DNA of 63,584 nt, filler included, from Octopus bimaculoides (GCF_001194135.2; 6 parts of 6 records of this genome joined end to end with filler, not necessarily neighbours in it), one strand, 5' to 3'; positions 1-13,955 are shown, counted from the first letter of the whole stretch. Numbers and translations: made by a program. Notes: generated by a model from the letters alone, not told the origin.

Positions 1-40
<40 letters not shown>

Positions 41-429
41 AAGTGGTCCAGAATTCTCCATTTGTGAGCAAAATACAAAGCTGTACCACGTGCAGAATTC
101 TTTCTGTCATTTCTGCACACACGCATATATACACTGCAGTACGCATGCGTGACTGCATTTCTCTTTCTGTGTACATGCTCACGCTTATACGTATTAGTGT
201 GTGGTTGTCACATTCATTTATGTATCCAACGGTCCACCTATCAGTCCCTCGGCATAACTATGACGACACGCGTTTTCTCCCTCTGTATATACATCGTCAG
301 TTTACTCATGAGTGTACATTCTAATATACACTCACGTGACAACTCGAATATGCATGTTAGCCAACTATCTGCAGGTTAAACATATCTACATATATAATGC
401 ATATGTGAGTAAATGTGTATATATATAAT

Positions 430-508
<79 letters not shown>

Positions 509-547
509 TACATACATTCATACATATATATATGCATATGTATATAT

Positions 548-582
<35 letters not shown>

Positions 583-761
583 AATATGTCTGTGCATGTT
601 TATACATATGTATAAATTGTACTGTATTATCTACAGGCGCTCACACACCCACACGCACACAGAACACACACATATATATATACATACATATATATTGCCA
701 CTGTGCAACAGGTATCACTAAAGGGAAATATATAGGTAGTTAAATAGACGAACAGACAGTC

Positions 762-824
<63 letters not shown>

Positions 825-868
825 CAGATACATACATACATACATACATACATACATACATACATAAA
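762..868. repeat. Compound (GATA)n(CATA)n microsatellite
   Basis: Directly visible. Confidence 0.95.
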
Positions 869-1262
869 TACGCTCACAGACAGCCATTTTTATTTTCGTT
901 TCATAGTATTTCTTTTCACTCTTTCATCTCGGTACCTTAATATGAAGATAATCTTAAACGCACATTTTATATGCGAGTTGCTTAATTCTTTTTTATACCT
1001 TTTCTCTTTGTCATAGTTCTTTGTTTTTACTTTCATCTAAAAGTCGTGTGTTCATATTTTCTTCAACTGCCCTCCCCAAATCATATTATTTTTGCCTCTT
1101 TCTTGCACAGATAATCTAAATCGTTATACAATTGCTTACATCAGAAAGTTTTGTCGCCAAGATGTGAAAAAGCTATTTTTTTCATAAACATAGATATATA
1201 CCATCTGCATGCGCTTGGATATGCATGGATATATACATAAACATAAACATATATATTTACAA

Positions 1263-1308
<46 letters not shown>

Positions 1309-2141
1309 NNNNNNNNNNNNNNNNNNNNNNNNNNNNNNNNNNNNNNNNNNNNNNNNNNNNNNNNNNNNNNNNNNNNNNNNNNNNNNNNNNNNNNNNNNNN
1401 NNNNNNNNNNNNNNNNNNNNNNNNNNNNNNNNNNNNNNNNNNNNNNNNNNNNNNNNNNNNNNNNNNNNNNNNNNNNNNNNNNNNNNNNNNNNNNNNNNNN
1501 NNNNNNNNNNNNNNNNNNNNNNNNNNNNNNNNNNNNNNNNNNNNNNNNNNNNNNNNNNNNNNNNNNNNNNNNNNNNNNNNNNNNNNNNNNNNNNNNNNNN
1601 NNNNNNNNNNNNNNNNNNNNNNNNNNNNNNNNNNNNNNNNNNNNNNNNNNNNNNNNNNNNNNNNNNNNNNNNNNNNNNNNNNNNNNNNNNNNNNNNNNNN
1701 NNNNNNNNNNNNNNNNNNNNNNNNNNNNNNNNNNNNNNNNNNNNNNNNNNNNNNNNNNNNNNNNNNNNNNNNNNNNNNNNNNNNNNNNNNNNNNNNNNNN
1801 NNNNNNNNNNNNNNNNNNNNNNNNNNNNNNNNNNNNNNNNNNNNNNNNNNNNNNNNNNNNNNNNNNNNNNNNNNNNNNNNNNNNNNNNNNNNNNNNNNNN
1901 NNNNNNNNNNNNNNNNNNNNNNNNNNNNNNNNNNNNNNNNNNNNNNNNNNNNNNNNNNNNNNNNNNNNNNNNAATGTCAGATTAGTAATATTTTCTTTCA
2001 GTATATTTCATTTCTCATTCGGTTATTTTTAATTCACTTAATTCATTTATTTATATTTTTAATTTCGGTTTTTAAATTTATTCCTAGCCAATCCATATTT
2101 CAAAAGTATATTTCGATTATTTCATCGTAAATTAGAATTGG

Positions 2142-2179
<38 letters not shown>

Positions 2180-2224
2180 GTGTGTGAGTGTCCGTGCGTG
2201 GGTGCGTGTGTGTGTAACATTGTG

Positions 2225-2405
2225 CCCGTGTTTGTTCTCCACCGCCACTTGACAACCGAAGTCGGTGTGTATACGTCCCCGTAACTAGCGGTTCGGCATA
2301 ACAGATCGATACAAAAAGTACAAAGCTTTAAAAATATAACAAGTATGGGTTCGATTCATTCGACTGAAATTTTTTAAGGTGGTGCCCCAGCATGGCCGCA
2401 GTCTA
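2225..2405 (+). mobile_element. 3' part of a tRNA-derived SINE
   Basis: cttgacaacc...tacgtccccgtaactagcggttcggc...ccagcatggccgcagtc body, recalled as an octopus SINE motif; follows a (GT)n tract. Confidence 0.6.
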
Positions 2406-2557
2406 ACTACAGTTGTACATACACACCTACGTGTGTGAGTGCGTGTGTACATAGATACATACATACCTACATAAACACATACATACATTACATACATACA
2501 TACATAAACACATACGTACATACATACATACATGCATACATACATATATGCATACAC

Positions 2558-2777
2558 ACGAGGGGTGATGAAAAGTTCCCGTCTTTAAGGGTATTGCAAA
2601 AGGCTTGGTGGAAGACCCAAACTTCCGAGTTCTTTTACAGGGCTAAGAAAAATCGAAGGATTGCTACAATAAGTGTGTGAATCTGAGATGGGAATATTAT
2701 ATAAAATCATAATTAACTGATCCTCCTCTATTTTCTTTTACTCAAAGCCAGGAACTTTTCAGCACCCCACCCCTCGT
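2558..2777. mobile_element. Mariner-derived MITE / deletion derivative
   Basis: TIRs acgaggggtgatgaaaagttcc (2558) and ggaacttttcagcacccc..cctcgt (2751-2777); internal remnant resembling a mariner C-terminus (..YNKCVNLR..). Confidence 0.7.
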
Positions 2778-2891
2778 ATTATAAACACAACTAGACAAGT
2801 GTTAATTCACGATATTTTTGCGTGGCTGTCATTGTGCATCGTATGTTTCAGTGTAGCTGGAGATGTACAATGCACAACAAAATTCTAAGTC

Positions 2892-3333
2892 TTGTTGTTG
2901 GCACTCCGTCATATACGACGTCGAGGGTTCCAGTTGATCCGATCAACGGAACAGCCTGCTCGTGAAATTAACGTGCAAGTGGCTGAGCACCCCACAGACA
3001 CGTGTACCCTTAACGNNNNNNNNNNAACGTGCAAGTGGCTGAGCACCCCACAGACACGTGTACCCTTAACGTAGTTATCGGGGATATTCAGCGTGACACA
3101 GTGTGACAAGTCTGACCCTCTGAATTACAAGCACAACAAAAACAGGAAGTAAGATTGAGAGAAAGTCGTGGTGAAAGAGTACAGCAGGGTTCGCTACCAT
3201 CCCCTGCCGGAGCCTCGTGGAGCTTTAGGTGTTTTCGCTCAATAAACACTCACAACGCCCGGTCTGGGAATCGAAACCACGATCCTGTGACCACGAGTTC
3301 GCTGCCCTAACCACTGGGCCATTGCGCCTCCAC
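2892..3333 (-). mobile_element. tRNA-derived SINE, near full length
   Basis: Minus-strand head has an A box (TGGCCCAGTGG) and B box (GGTTTCGATTCC), then a non-tRNA body ending in a (CAA)-like tail. Confidence 0.75.
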
Positions 3334-4188
3334 TACGTCTTGTACACCGTATGTAAATTAAAAACTGTATGCTCCTATGTATCGAATTGTCTTTTGCCTG
3401 GGTTTTCTACAAAGATTATACGTTATTTGTGCGCCTGGGAATGTGTTCTGGAAGGATTCCGAACACCCCTAAATGATTAAACTGGACTGACGTTGCTATA
3501 CAAATAAAGAGCTGTCAGCAGTTGGAGGAAGCAGTTCACTGTGAGCCGTTGATTGAGAGCGCTGAGTCTCGTAATTGCAATCGTATTGCGCCGTGTTAAT
3601 ACTTTTTCCCTCCTGCTTCGTTAAATTATTTATCCAACATCAGGATATAAAAGAATCTCATTAGTAACCTAGTATTTTTCTAAATTTTATGTTTACCAAA
3701 CAGATTCCATCGTTCATCCAAGCCTTCTATTAACGCCGAGAAAGCGATTGATGACATCTTGGTCGTGTTAAGTACTGCGATAGACGTTACAGCTTTTACA
3801 TTCTCTTCTTCTCCTCGTTATTCTCATTAACCACTATCCCGCCTCTACACGCTGGCAACATCGACCGTTTTATACACTTCATTTCAGACCGTCACAGATA
3901 GCAATCTCTAAAGTAAAAACGGGACAAAGTGAACACATTTACCAACACCATACACTCCCCGACACACACTTACACACACACAATAACACACAACACTCTC
4001 ACACACTCTCTCACGCATAAATATATGGGTACAACATCACATTCGCATCCAACATATAGATGTGCATTAGTTATGCGTGTGTATGTGTGTGTGATTATAT
4101 ACATATGCACGCAAATATATATATATATGTATGTGTATATGTATGTGTGTATATATATATATATATGTGTGTGTGTGTAGAGAGAGAG

Positions 4189-4225
<37 letters not shown>

Positions 4226-4439
4226 CATACATATAAAGTTACATACATTTGTAGATACACACATACATACATAGATGCATACATTCATACACACATAGAG
4301 CATACATGCATTAAAGCGTACCTACAAATACATACATTCACACATACTCACATATAACACATCCATAGAAGCATATCTACAAACATATATACATACTTAC
4401 ATACATGTATTTACGTACACACATGAATGCACACATACA

Positions 4440-4816
4440 GTGCATTCATATGAGCATAAATATATACATACATGCACACATACAATATTCATACATACAT
4501 ACATATTCATCCAAACACACATACACACATACATACATACATACATACATACACACATACATACATACATGAATAAATGGATACATGCATACATACATAA
4601 AAACATACATACATACACATATACATACAAGCACATACATACACACATACATACACACATACATACATAAAAACAAATACATACATGCATGCATAAACAC
4701 ATACATACATACATAAACACATACATACATACATACACACATACATACACACATACATACATAAAAACAAATACATACATGCATGCATAAACACATACAT
4801 ACATACATAAACACAT

Positions 4817-4849
<33 letters not shown>

Positions 4850-4900
4850 TACATACATACATACATACATACATACATACATACTCCAATACATACATAC
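4440..4900. repeat. Degenerate (CATA)/(CA) low-complexity array
   Basis: Directly visible; source of the MYVC/HTYI ORFs. Confidence 0.9.
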
Positions 4901-5199
4901 ACAGACAGAGGTTTCCAAAAATTTTTAACGACATGTACTCCTCAACATTTCACCATTAGATACGATCCTACACAATTAGCTTTTGGCAATTTTGCACTTG
5001 GCGTCGCTGCCAATTGCCTCTGGCACCAATCGACGCTATAAATTATCAGATATTTTGCAGATGTGACAAGTGTCAATGTAAAGCCGCCATATTGACTGTA
5101 TGTTAGAGTTGCTGCGGCCAAGGACCTACAACAAGTGAAAATACAGAGTTATGATTGGCATGCGCAGTGACGGAGACTCGTTGAACCTTACATGCTAGC

Positions 5200-5745
5200 A
5201 TCAATGATGGTGAGGGCGGAGATATTGGTGGTTGTGGTGGATATATTGGCGTTGTTGTTGGTGGGGGTGTTGGGGGGCTCTTGATGGTGATAGTAGCGGC
5301 GATGGTCGTGGTGGTCATCGTCGTTGTCGTTGTTGTTGTGGTGGTGGTAGTGGTGGTAGTGGTGGTGGTGGTGGTGATAGCGAAAGTGAATTTTGGTTCT
5401 GTGTGGAAACGGTTGTTGTGGTGGTCGTGTTTGAATTGATGGTGAGTGGAAAAGCACAGGTGTTGTTGCTGTTGTTGTTGGTGGTGGTGGTGGTGGGATA
5501 CAGTGATGGTGGTGGTGGTGGTGGTATTGGTGGTGAAGGTAGCGATGGGGATGGAGAAGGAGTAGATGCGTTGCTGATAATGACGGTGGTGGATGCTGAC
5601 ATTCATAATGATAATGATGATGGTGACGACGATGATGACGAAGACGACGTCAATGTTGATGATGATGATGATTGTGATGCTGCTACTGCTGCTACTGCTG
5701 CTGCTGCTGATGATGACGATAAGGACGATGATGATGATGAACTTG
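5200..5745. repeat. Mixed trinucleotide tract (GGT, GTT, GAT, GCT)
   Basis: Directly visible; source of the long homopolymer ORFs on both strands. Confidence 0.9.
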
Positions 5746-6045
5746 TCTTGAGTAGAATTAGAAATGCATTCTGTTATCGATACGCTATGCAAACACACAC
5801 ACACCCGCACAAGCACGCAAACACGCACACACACATGCATACACGCGTGCACGCATTTTTTTATAATGTAGATGCAACTAAATTTTTAATGTTAGCAACG
5901 GATCCGTATTTACATCAATGTCCGAGTGTGTGTGTGTGTGTCTATGTGCGTATCTGTGTGTATACGTATATAAATATACATGGTTATATATCGTTTTTGT
6001 ATTTAGTTAGCAAGATACTTTACGTGAATTCGTGTGTTGAAGCAA

Positions 6046-6301
6046 ATTTTGTTGTGTCTGGGGATAGTCATTCTATTTAAATGCCTTATTAATTAACACA
6101 CTCACCGGTTCAATTTCCACTCGCTTACTTATTTATTTAATTTTTTTTTCTAGAGTCTACAACTATAGAAGAAGTTGCAAGAAGCAATGAAAATTTTAGA
6201 AAAAAATTAAATAAATATGAAAATGTGTGGAAAATGAACCGGTGAGTGTGTTAATTAATAAGGCATTTAAACAGAATGACTCTCCCCAGAAACAGCAAAA
6301 T
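6046..6301. mobile_element. Long-TIR MITE / foldback element
   Basis: About 75-bp inverted repeats (core tttaaatgccttattaattaacacactcaccggttca) at 6046-6120 and about 6227-6301. Confidence 0.8.
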
Positions 6302-6308
6302 ACATGAT

Positions 6309-6387
<79 letters not shown>

Positions 6388-7991
6388 ATACAAGAAGATA
6401 CTACAATGATATATTGATATTAAGGTATATTAAAAACATTCAAGTATGTGTCACTAGCAATTAAAAACCTAAAAGAAATTAATAAATAGAAAGTGCTGAA
6501 CACCAACAGAGATTGCTAAAAATAAGTAAGAAAAATTAACTCTGTGAGCTAGAAAAAGACGCTAACCTCAACTACGCTCACGGGGAGCGGGCACAGCTAA
6601 CTAAAACGATCTTTGCCTTGTGAGATGCTCTCGCGAAAGAAATAGCTGGACAATGCTTTACCACGTGATTTCGAAATTTAACCAATAGAGTTTTGTTTCT
6701 ATTCAGAAGCATTTAACGGCTGCTCAGGGCTAAATAGATAGTTTGCTTTGTAATATATGTGTGCATAGCCGTTCTATGTCTGTTCCTCCCACTCTGCCTC
6801 ACACCCTTCTGCCTTGCTCCCTCGTTGCTCACACGTGACCGTCGGCAATCTTTCTTTTACTAACTGGAATTTCCTTCTTTCTCTCTGATCAACCACGGGG
6901 ATTGGACGCATTCTTGGGTGTCTCCTCTCAGAGCTTGTTCCTCCGCGTTCACCAACTCAACTCGTCTAGGCTTAACAGCCCTTCCTATCTGTTTTCACTG
7001 TCTAAACTTTGTTACCAACTTTGACCCTCCACAAAATCCCAAATTTTATATAATTTGCTTTGCGGGTGAAACTGTTATATCGAAAATGTTTCTTGTTGTG
7101 AAATGCTCGAAATGTGAAGTAGAAAAAAAGCCAACAACTGATGAAGGGTCATTTTTGGTGTTGATTGTCTTGTTTTCCGTTTGTTTCAGTCGTTGTACGC
7201 AAAAAAGTTTGTATTTCATGTCTTCGTATTTTATGATTAGTTTATTTTGTTTACGTTCCATGGTGTCCAGTGCCCTTATATGCATGTATATAAAAATATA
7301 TGTATGTACATATATATGTGNNNNNNNNNNNNNNNNNNNNNNNNNNNNNNNNNNNNNNNNNNNNNNNNNNNNNNNNNNNNNNNNNNNNNNNNNNNNNNNN
7401 NNNNNNNNNNNNNNNNNNNNNNNNNNNNNNNNNNNNNNNNNNNNNNNNNNNNNNNNNNNNNNNNNNNNNNNNNNNNNNNNNNNNNNNNNNNNNNNNNNNN
7501 NNNNNNNNNNNNNNNNNNNNNNNNNNNNNNNNNNNNNNNNNNNNNNNNNNNNNNNNNNNNNNNNNNNNNNNNNNNNNNNNNNNNNNNNNNNNNNNNNNNN
7601 NNNNNNNNNNNNNNNNNNNNNNNNNNNNNNNNNNNNNNNNNNNNNNNNNNNNNNNNNNNNNNNNNNNNNNNNNNNNNNNNNNNNNNNNNNNNNNNNNNNN
7701 NNNNNNNNNNNNNNNNNNNNNNNNNNNNNNNNNNNNNNNNNNNNNNNNNNNNNNNNNNNNNNNNNNNNNNNNNNNNNNNNNNNNNNNNNNNNNNNNNNNN
7801 NNNNNNNNNNNNNNNNNNNNNNNNNNNNNNNNNNNNNNNNNNNNNNNNNNNNNNNNNNNNNNNNNNNNNNNNNNNNNNNNNNNNNNNNNNNNNNNNNNNN
7901 NNNNNNNNNNNNNNNNNNNNNNNNNNNNNNNNNNNNNNNNNNNNNNNNNNNNNNNNNNNNNNNNNNNNNNNNNNNNNNNNNNNNNNNNNNN

Positions 7992-8040
<49 letters not shown>

Positions 8041-8399
8041 ATATATACACACATCTATGTAGAGATATATATATTCATATATACAAATATATAGTTTTAT
8101 TCATATATATATATATATACATGCATGTACATGTATGTATATATGTATATTCATGTATGTGTGTATGTATATATATAATATATATATATGTGTGTGTATG
8201 TATGTGCTTGCTAATGCGTGTGAACGCGTGCGTTTGTGTGTACACATGCATACGTATATATAGAGAAAGGAACTAATATATAATTATATGCATATGAAAT
8301 ACACGTATATATCATACACACGTGCAAAATTCAAACACAGACATAATTATGTACGTGTTTTTAAACATACACCTACGTTAGTGTATTTATCATTCATAT

Positions 8400-8453
8400 A
8401 CACACACACACATGTATACATATACACACACACACACACATATATACATATAT

Positions 8454-8486
<33 letters not shown>

Positions 8487-8561
8487 TATACACACACACA
8501 TATACACACACACACACATACACACACACATACGCACACACACACATACACACACACACAT

Positions 8562-8632
<71 letters not shown>
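8400..8632. repeat. (CA)n/(TA)n compound microsatellite
   Basis: Directly visible. Confidence 0.95.
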
Positions 8633-8733
8633 ATCTATGAATCTATCAATTCATCAAAATAACTATTCATTGAATGCATAAATGTATACACACACACAGA
8701 GACACACACGCACATATATATATGTATATATAT

Positions 8734-8775
<42 letters not shown>

Positions 8776-9102
8776 ACAGATATATATGAATATGTATGTG
8801 CAGATGTATAAATTTATGTATATATATGCCTATATACGTAGCTATGTATATGTATTTATTTATATATTCTGTACGTGTGCGTTTAATATATATATACTGT
8901 ATGCACACACGTACGTCTAAGATGTGTTTATAACTTTCTATGCTCTCTTCAACTGTAACTGAATGACAAGGCTTTTCGTGGTAGACTGCCAACAATTAGA
9001 ATAAATTAGAAATGATATCTTTTGGAACATATCTGGAAAACTCTGACAGTCTGAAGATAAGTGTATGTACATATATATATATATGCTTGTATGTATGTGT
9101 TT

Positions 9103-9157
<55 letters not shown>

Positions 9158-9290
9158 TGTCCGTGATGGAGCAGGGGTGTGTATGGATGTGGATGCGTAT
9201 TTCTTATTAAATATGTTTCGTCTATTCGATTCAGGACGTTAACATTGCACATTTACTGGCAACCATTTTCTCCCCGCTTTCAACATGTTT

Positions 9291-9351
<61 letters not shown>

Positions 9352-9569
9352 NNNNNNNNNNNNNNNNNNNNNNNNNNNNNNNNNNNNNNNNNNNNNNNNN
9401 NNNNNNNNNNNNNNNNNNNNNNNNNNNNNNNNNNNNNNNNNNNNNNNNNNNNNNNNNNNNNNNNNNNNNNNNNNNNNNNNNNNNNNNNNNNNNNNNNNNN
9501 NNNNNNNNNNNNNNNNNNNNNNNNNNNNNNNNNNNNNNNNNNNNNNNNNNNNNNNNNNNNNNNNNATAC

Positions 9570-9611
<42 letters not shown>

Positions 9612-9854
9612 TTATATATATGTACAAATTATATTTTCTTTTCTGAAAGAGTCTGTTGATATGTATGAGAATATAACCATGCATGTATATTTATAAATAG
9701 ATATAGTGAAATTTTTATACATACAAACATAATTATATATATGCGAGAGTCAAAGTTTTTTTTATATTAGCTTTGAATTAACCATTATAACTTAACTTTA
9801 TAATGTTCAGTGTTCAAAATTAGTCGAGTTGACACGCTAATATACAACCACCCA

Positions 9855-9990
9855 AAATTCCGCCGAGTGCAACTTTGCTTTTCATCCTTTCGGGGTCGAT
9901 AAATTAAGTGGCATTTACGTACTGGGGTCGATCTAATCCACAAGCCACCTCCCCGAAATTTTCGGGCCTTTACCTAGAGTACAAAAGAAT
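9855..9990 (+). mobile_element. SINE fragment, same family as the 32.3 kb and 36 kb clusters
   Basis: ttcatcctttcggggtcgataaattaagt...ggggtcgat core identical to the copy at about 32400. Confidence 0.75.
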
Positions 9991-10489
9991 ACACAACCAC
10001 TCAACACGTCGATAGTTCGTTTCACAACGTTTATATATTTTAATGTCCATGGTTGGGAGTCCCATTTGACCAATTGACCGCGTTCACCTTGTGGTAATAT
10101 GTAGGCTGGGGAGCGGGATCTTTTGGCCAATAGGCATGTGTGTTTGCAAAGTATAGAATCTGAACAAAGTTGAAGAGAACATAACCAATGTATTTGAAAT
10201 GTTTATGCATAGGAGAGTGTTACGAGTCCCTTAGGAGGATCATCGGACAAATAAATGAGTGTTACAACAAGAATAAGGTGAAAAACTGTTGTATCGAGGC
10301 CCCCTGGGCGAAGAAGTAGGATCTCCCAAGACATATAAATAGAGGTAGTCTGGCCGTGGTAGGTGTGTTGAGTAGCAGTCGACTAGTAGTTGTGTAGCGG
10401 TTGAGAAGAGATCATCCGAAGGTGCTAGATAGCAGTAGCTTCAGACATAACGAAAACCACGACTTCTGAACATCATGTAAAACATGAAA

Positions 10490-10725
10490 GGTTATCTATT
10501 CGAAGAAGCAGTGTTTTGGAAAGCATTATCATGGAACGAAGAATAGAGGGCAGTGGATCACGCGGCAGACAAAGAACGCAGCGGATAAACCATCAAGAGG
10601 TGGTTGGACATGCGTAGTAAGGCAGGTGGAGAACTCTTGATTAATCGGGTAGATTTTCGAGGTAGTGTTATCAATGGGTTGCAGGCGTGCGATACATGAC
10701 GACCACGGCGTCGAGCTGCAACAGG
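10490..10725 (+). mobile_element. RTE-like LINE 3' fragment
   Basis: Translation ESIIMERRIEGSGSRGRQR resembles the RTE C-terminal G.VEG.R.RGR motif; decayed. Confidence 0.45.
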
Positions 10726-10899
10726 TAGTAGAGGATACGATTAATTCTACACGATATTCTAATGTGAGTTTGGATCATTGCTGCATTTGTTTGCTTTTAA
10801 CTATTTCAAACAACAGCTAAGTATCTCTTATATTAAACACCCCCGTTATGCTAAAGATGCTCATTTAGCATGATGTGGTCCTGGACGCATTGCAGCAAA

Positions 10900-10931
<32 letters not shown>

Positions 10932-13177
10932 GCAACAATAACAATAATAGCAATAATAATAATAATAATAATGTCATCCAGCAGCAACCAGCTTCATCAC
11001 CCGATTCATTTCAGCCATTTTGGTTCTTTTCAATGACGTGTACTCGCAGCCAAACACACAGTGAGATGGTTTCTGATATAACAGAAAGAGAATAATACAT
11101 TCACTGAGATTGCGAATAGCTGCCCGGCTGACTAAAAATTCCGTATACGCAACCGAAGCAACATTTACTTAAAATAACCATCCATGCATTTTTGCAAATA
11201 GATACAAATCGTCGATAGGCCAGTAGCAATACGATTTATCCTGGATTAACATTTCTAATAGACTTGTGATTTTAGATGCAAAGTAGATATGAGTAAGAGA
11301 TGAACATTTGTCACACCAGTGGCCAGCAAGAGAGTGAGAGGCATTTCGACTCATAAACAGAGGTGGAAAGATTGAATGCAAAATGTTAAAATTTAGGAAC
11401 AATATACTGGATTATGAGTTAGCACGGCTACGCCAAGTACGAATTGACACCATTAAAAGCATTATCACGAACAAAATCACCACTATGATTGTGACAAGTA
11501 ACAGCAGAAAGATAAAAAGAGAATTATCAAACTCCAACCAGATTAAGGTGTATATTTTGGCAATGATTGCAAGATCTGATTCAGACTTATAGAGTAACCT
11601 GAGTAAGATATCACAAGATATCAGCTCATTCTAAATGAGATGACATCGAAGAGAAACATCGGCCAATCAGAACGTTTGCAGACCGTCTTACAAAGTATAC
11701 GTATACACAAACTAAACAAAACACATGGACACATAGACAAACACACATACATTTGCATATGTACATAACAACACATAGGGATAGTAGGAAATTATTCATA
11801 TTCAAACTTCTCTCTCACTACCTATCTATCAACCTGTATATATATATATATATATATATNNNNNNNNNNNNNNNNNNNNNNNNNNNNNNNNNNNNNNNNN
11901 NNNNNNNNNNNNNNNNNNNNNNNNNNNNNNNNNNNNNNNNNNNNNNNNNNNNNNNNNNNNNNNNNNNNNNNNNNNNNNNNNNNNNNNNNNNNNNNNNNNN
12001 NNNNNNNNNNNNNNNNNNNNNNNNNNNNNNNNNNNNNNNNNNNNNNNNNNNNNNNNNNNNNNNNNNNNNNNNNNNNNNNNNNNNNNNNNNNNNNNNNNNN
12101 NNNNNNNNNNNNNNNNNNNNNNNNNNNNNNNNNNNNNNNNNNNNNNNNNNNNNNNNNNNNNNNNNNNNNNNNNNNNNNNNNNNNNNNNNNNNNNNNNNNN
12201 NNNNNNNNNNNNNNNNNNNNNNNNNNNNNNNNNNNNNNNNNNNNNNNNNNNNNNNNNNNNNNNNNNNNNNNNNNNNNNNNNNNNNNNNNNNNNNNNNNNN
12301 NNNNNNNNNNNNNNNNNNNNNNNNNNNNNNNNNNNNNNNNNNNNNNNNNNNNNNNNNNNNNNNNNNNNNNNNNNNNNNNNNNNNNNNNNNNNNNNNNNNN
12401 NNNNNNNNNNNNNNNNNNNNNNNNNNNNNNNNNNNNNNNNNNNNNNNNNNNNNNNNNNNNNNNNNNNNNNNNNNNNNNNNNNNNNNNNNNNNNNNNNNNN
12501 NNNNNNNNNNNNNNNNNNNNNNNNNNNNNNNNNNNNNNNNNNNNNNNNNNNNNNNNNNNNNNNNNNNNNNNNNNNNNNNNNNNNNNNNNNNNNNNNNNNN
12601 NNNNNNNNNNNNNNNNNNNNNNNNNNNNNNNNNNNNNTATGTATATGTAAATAAAAGCGAAATCATTTATGCGTATGTTTCTATAAACGCTACAAGGAAA
12701 GTATCAGAATAGATGACTGACGTGCAGACACAATTTTGGGTAAAATCAAGCAAAAATATCAGATTAAAGAAACGTCACCTGAACACATACATACATTCAC
12801 TCAAGTATGCGTCTACATATTTATACTCACACTTCTATATCTACTCCAATATATATATATATGTATGTATGTGTATAGATAGATAGATAGAGACAGAAGC
12901 CCACACACACACACACACAAATATGCAAAGCACACACTTATGGTGCAAAGCAAGGTGGGGCCTGCTCTGAAAATCTGCCAATTCACCTCGTATACTACTC
13001 CTGTCGACTCTTTCCACATCGTATTACTCTGCTATCGCCCCACATATATGTTTCTCCCACCACCGTGTACACAGTTTAATGACATGCACACATCATACAA
13101 GCACGTATATTACATTCGAGAGCATGTATACATATATATACACACATATATATATATGCATGTATGTATATATGCAT

Positions 13178-13277
13178 NNNNNNNNNNNNNNNNNNNNNNN
13201 NNNNNNNNNNNNNNNNNNNNNTTAATTAATTAANNNNNNNNNNNNNNNNNNNNNNNNNNNNNNNNNNNNNNNNNNNN
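13178..13277. other. Artificial 100-bp join, 44N-TTAATTAATTAA-44N (also at 23209-23308, 50598-50697, 59937-60036, 61931-62030)
   Basis: Identical geometry five times; the palindromic 12-mer contains stop codons in all six frames. Confidence 0.95.
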
Positions 13278-13279
13278 GA

Positions 13280-13506
13280 TACAGGACGTCAAAATAACGT
13301 TAAACACAATGAGAAACGAAAACGAAAACTTAAAAACGAAAACAGAAAACGTACTTTTTTCGAACAACGAAAAATCTACAAACAGACAAACGAGACAAGC
13401 AACATAAAGAGTATACCCATTCGTCAGTTGTCCCTGTCCACGCGGAGTATGGTTTCATTTTCGTTTCTCATTGTGTTTAAAGTTTTTTTTTTTTTTACGT
13501 CCTGTA
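13280..13506. mobile_element. Foldback/MITE element
   Basis: TIRs tacaggacgt...taaacacaatgagaaacgaaa and tttcgtttctcattgtgtttaa...acgtcctgta. Confidence 0.75.
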
Positions 13507-13658
13507 GCCATATATACATGTCTGTATACACATAAGATGTAGGAATGTACATATATGTATGGATATATGCATATATCTATATATTTATATTATTATATGA
13601 TCGAATACCAAGCATCCTTTTTCAAGTAAATTTTATCTATATGTATGCATAAATACAC

Positions 13659-13772
<114 letters not shown>

Positions 13773-13940
13773 ATACATATACTCATGTACTATCACACGC
13801 ATACACACACACACGCACGTATAAGCACTGATTGTGAAATTGGGCACAGAGAATACATAGATTTGTATTCAATTTGATTTCAAAATATCTTTCACTCAAA
13901 GACTCGTAATATTTAAAGAATTCCACAGGTTTTCTCTCAG

Positions 13941-13955
13941 CATCTATCCAAGAAG
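13941..13955 (+). pseudogene. Duplicated copy of the 15-nt microexon with inactivated donor
   Basis: ttttctctcAG|CATCTATCCAAGAAG|CTgagg, 235 nt upstream of the intact copy, inside a diverged tandem duplication. Confidence 0.5.

Noticed and set aside
1111-1187. Strong polypyrimidine acceptor followed by DNLNRYTIAYIRKFCRQDVKKLFFS*
   Set aside because: No upstream partner exon in the window; cannot be distinguished from chance.
1209-2130. Long ORFs full of X, and equivalents at all other gaps
   Set aside because: They read through N runs and carry no coding information.
3255-3333. tRNA-like sequence with A and B boxes
   Set aside because: It continues into a SINE body and has no complete cloverleaf or acceptor stem; it is a SINE head, not a tRNA gene.
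357-4934. ORFs rich in YI/HT/VC/MYVC repeats, here and throughout the window
   Set aside because: They are translations of (TA)n, (CA)n and (CATA)n microsatellites, which lack stop codons.
5103-6080. 249-aa and 282-aa ORFs with poly-G/V/D/A or poly-T/H/S runs
   Set aside because: Open on both strands because of mixed trinucleotide repeats; no domain or convincing splice context.
10190-10480. Possible solo LTR (TATA-like tatataaatagagg); similar impressions at 3330-3640 and 6570-6980
   Set aside because: No clear TG...CA termini, TSD or partner LTR could be established by eye.
11276-11292. 17-nt candidate microexon phase-compatible with gene 1
   Set aside because: Separated from gene 1 by an artificial join, and too short to be significant alone.
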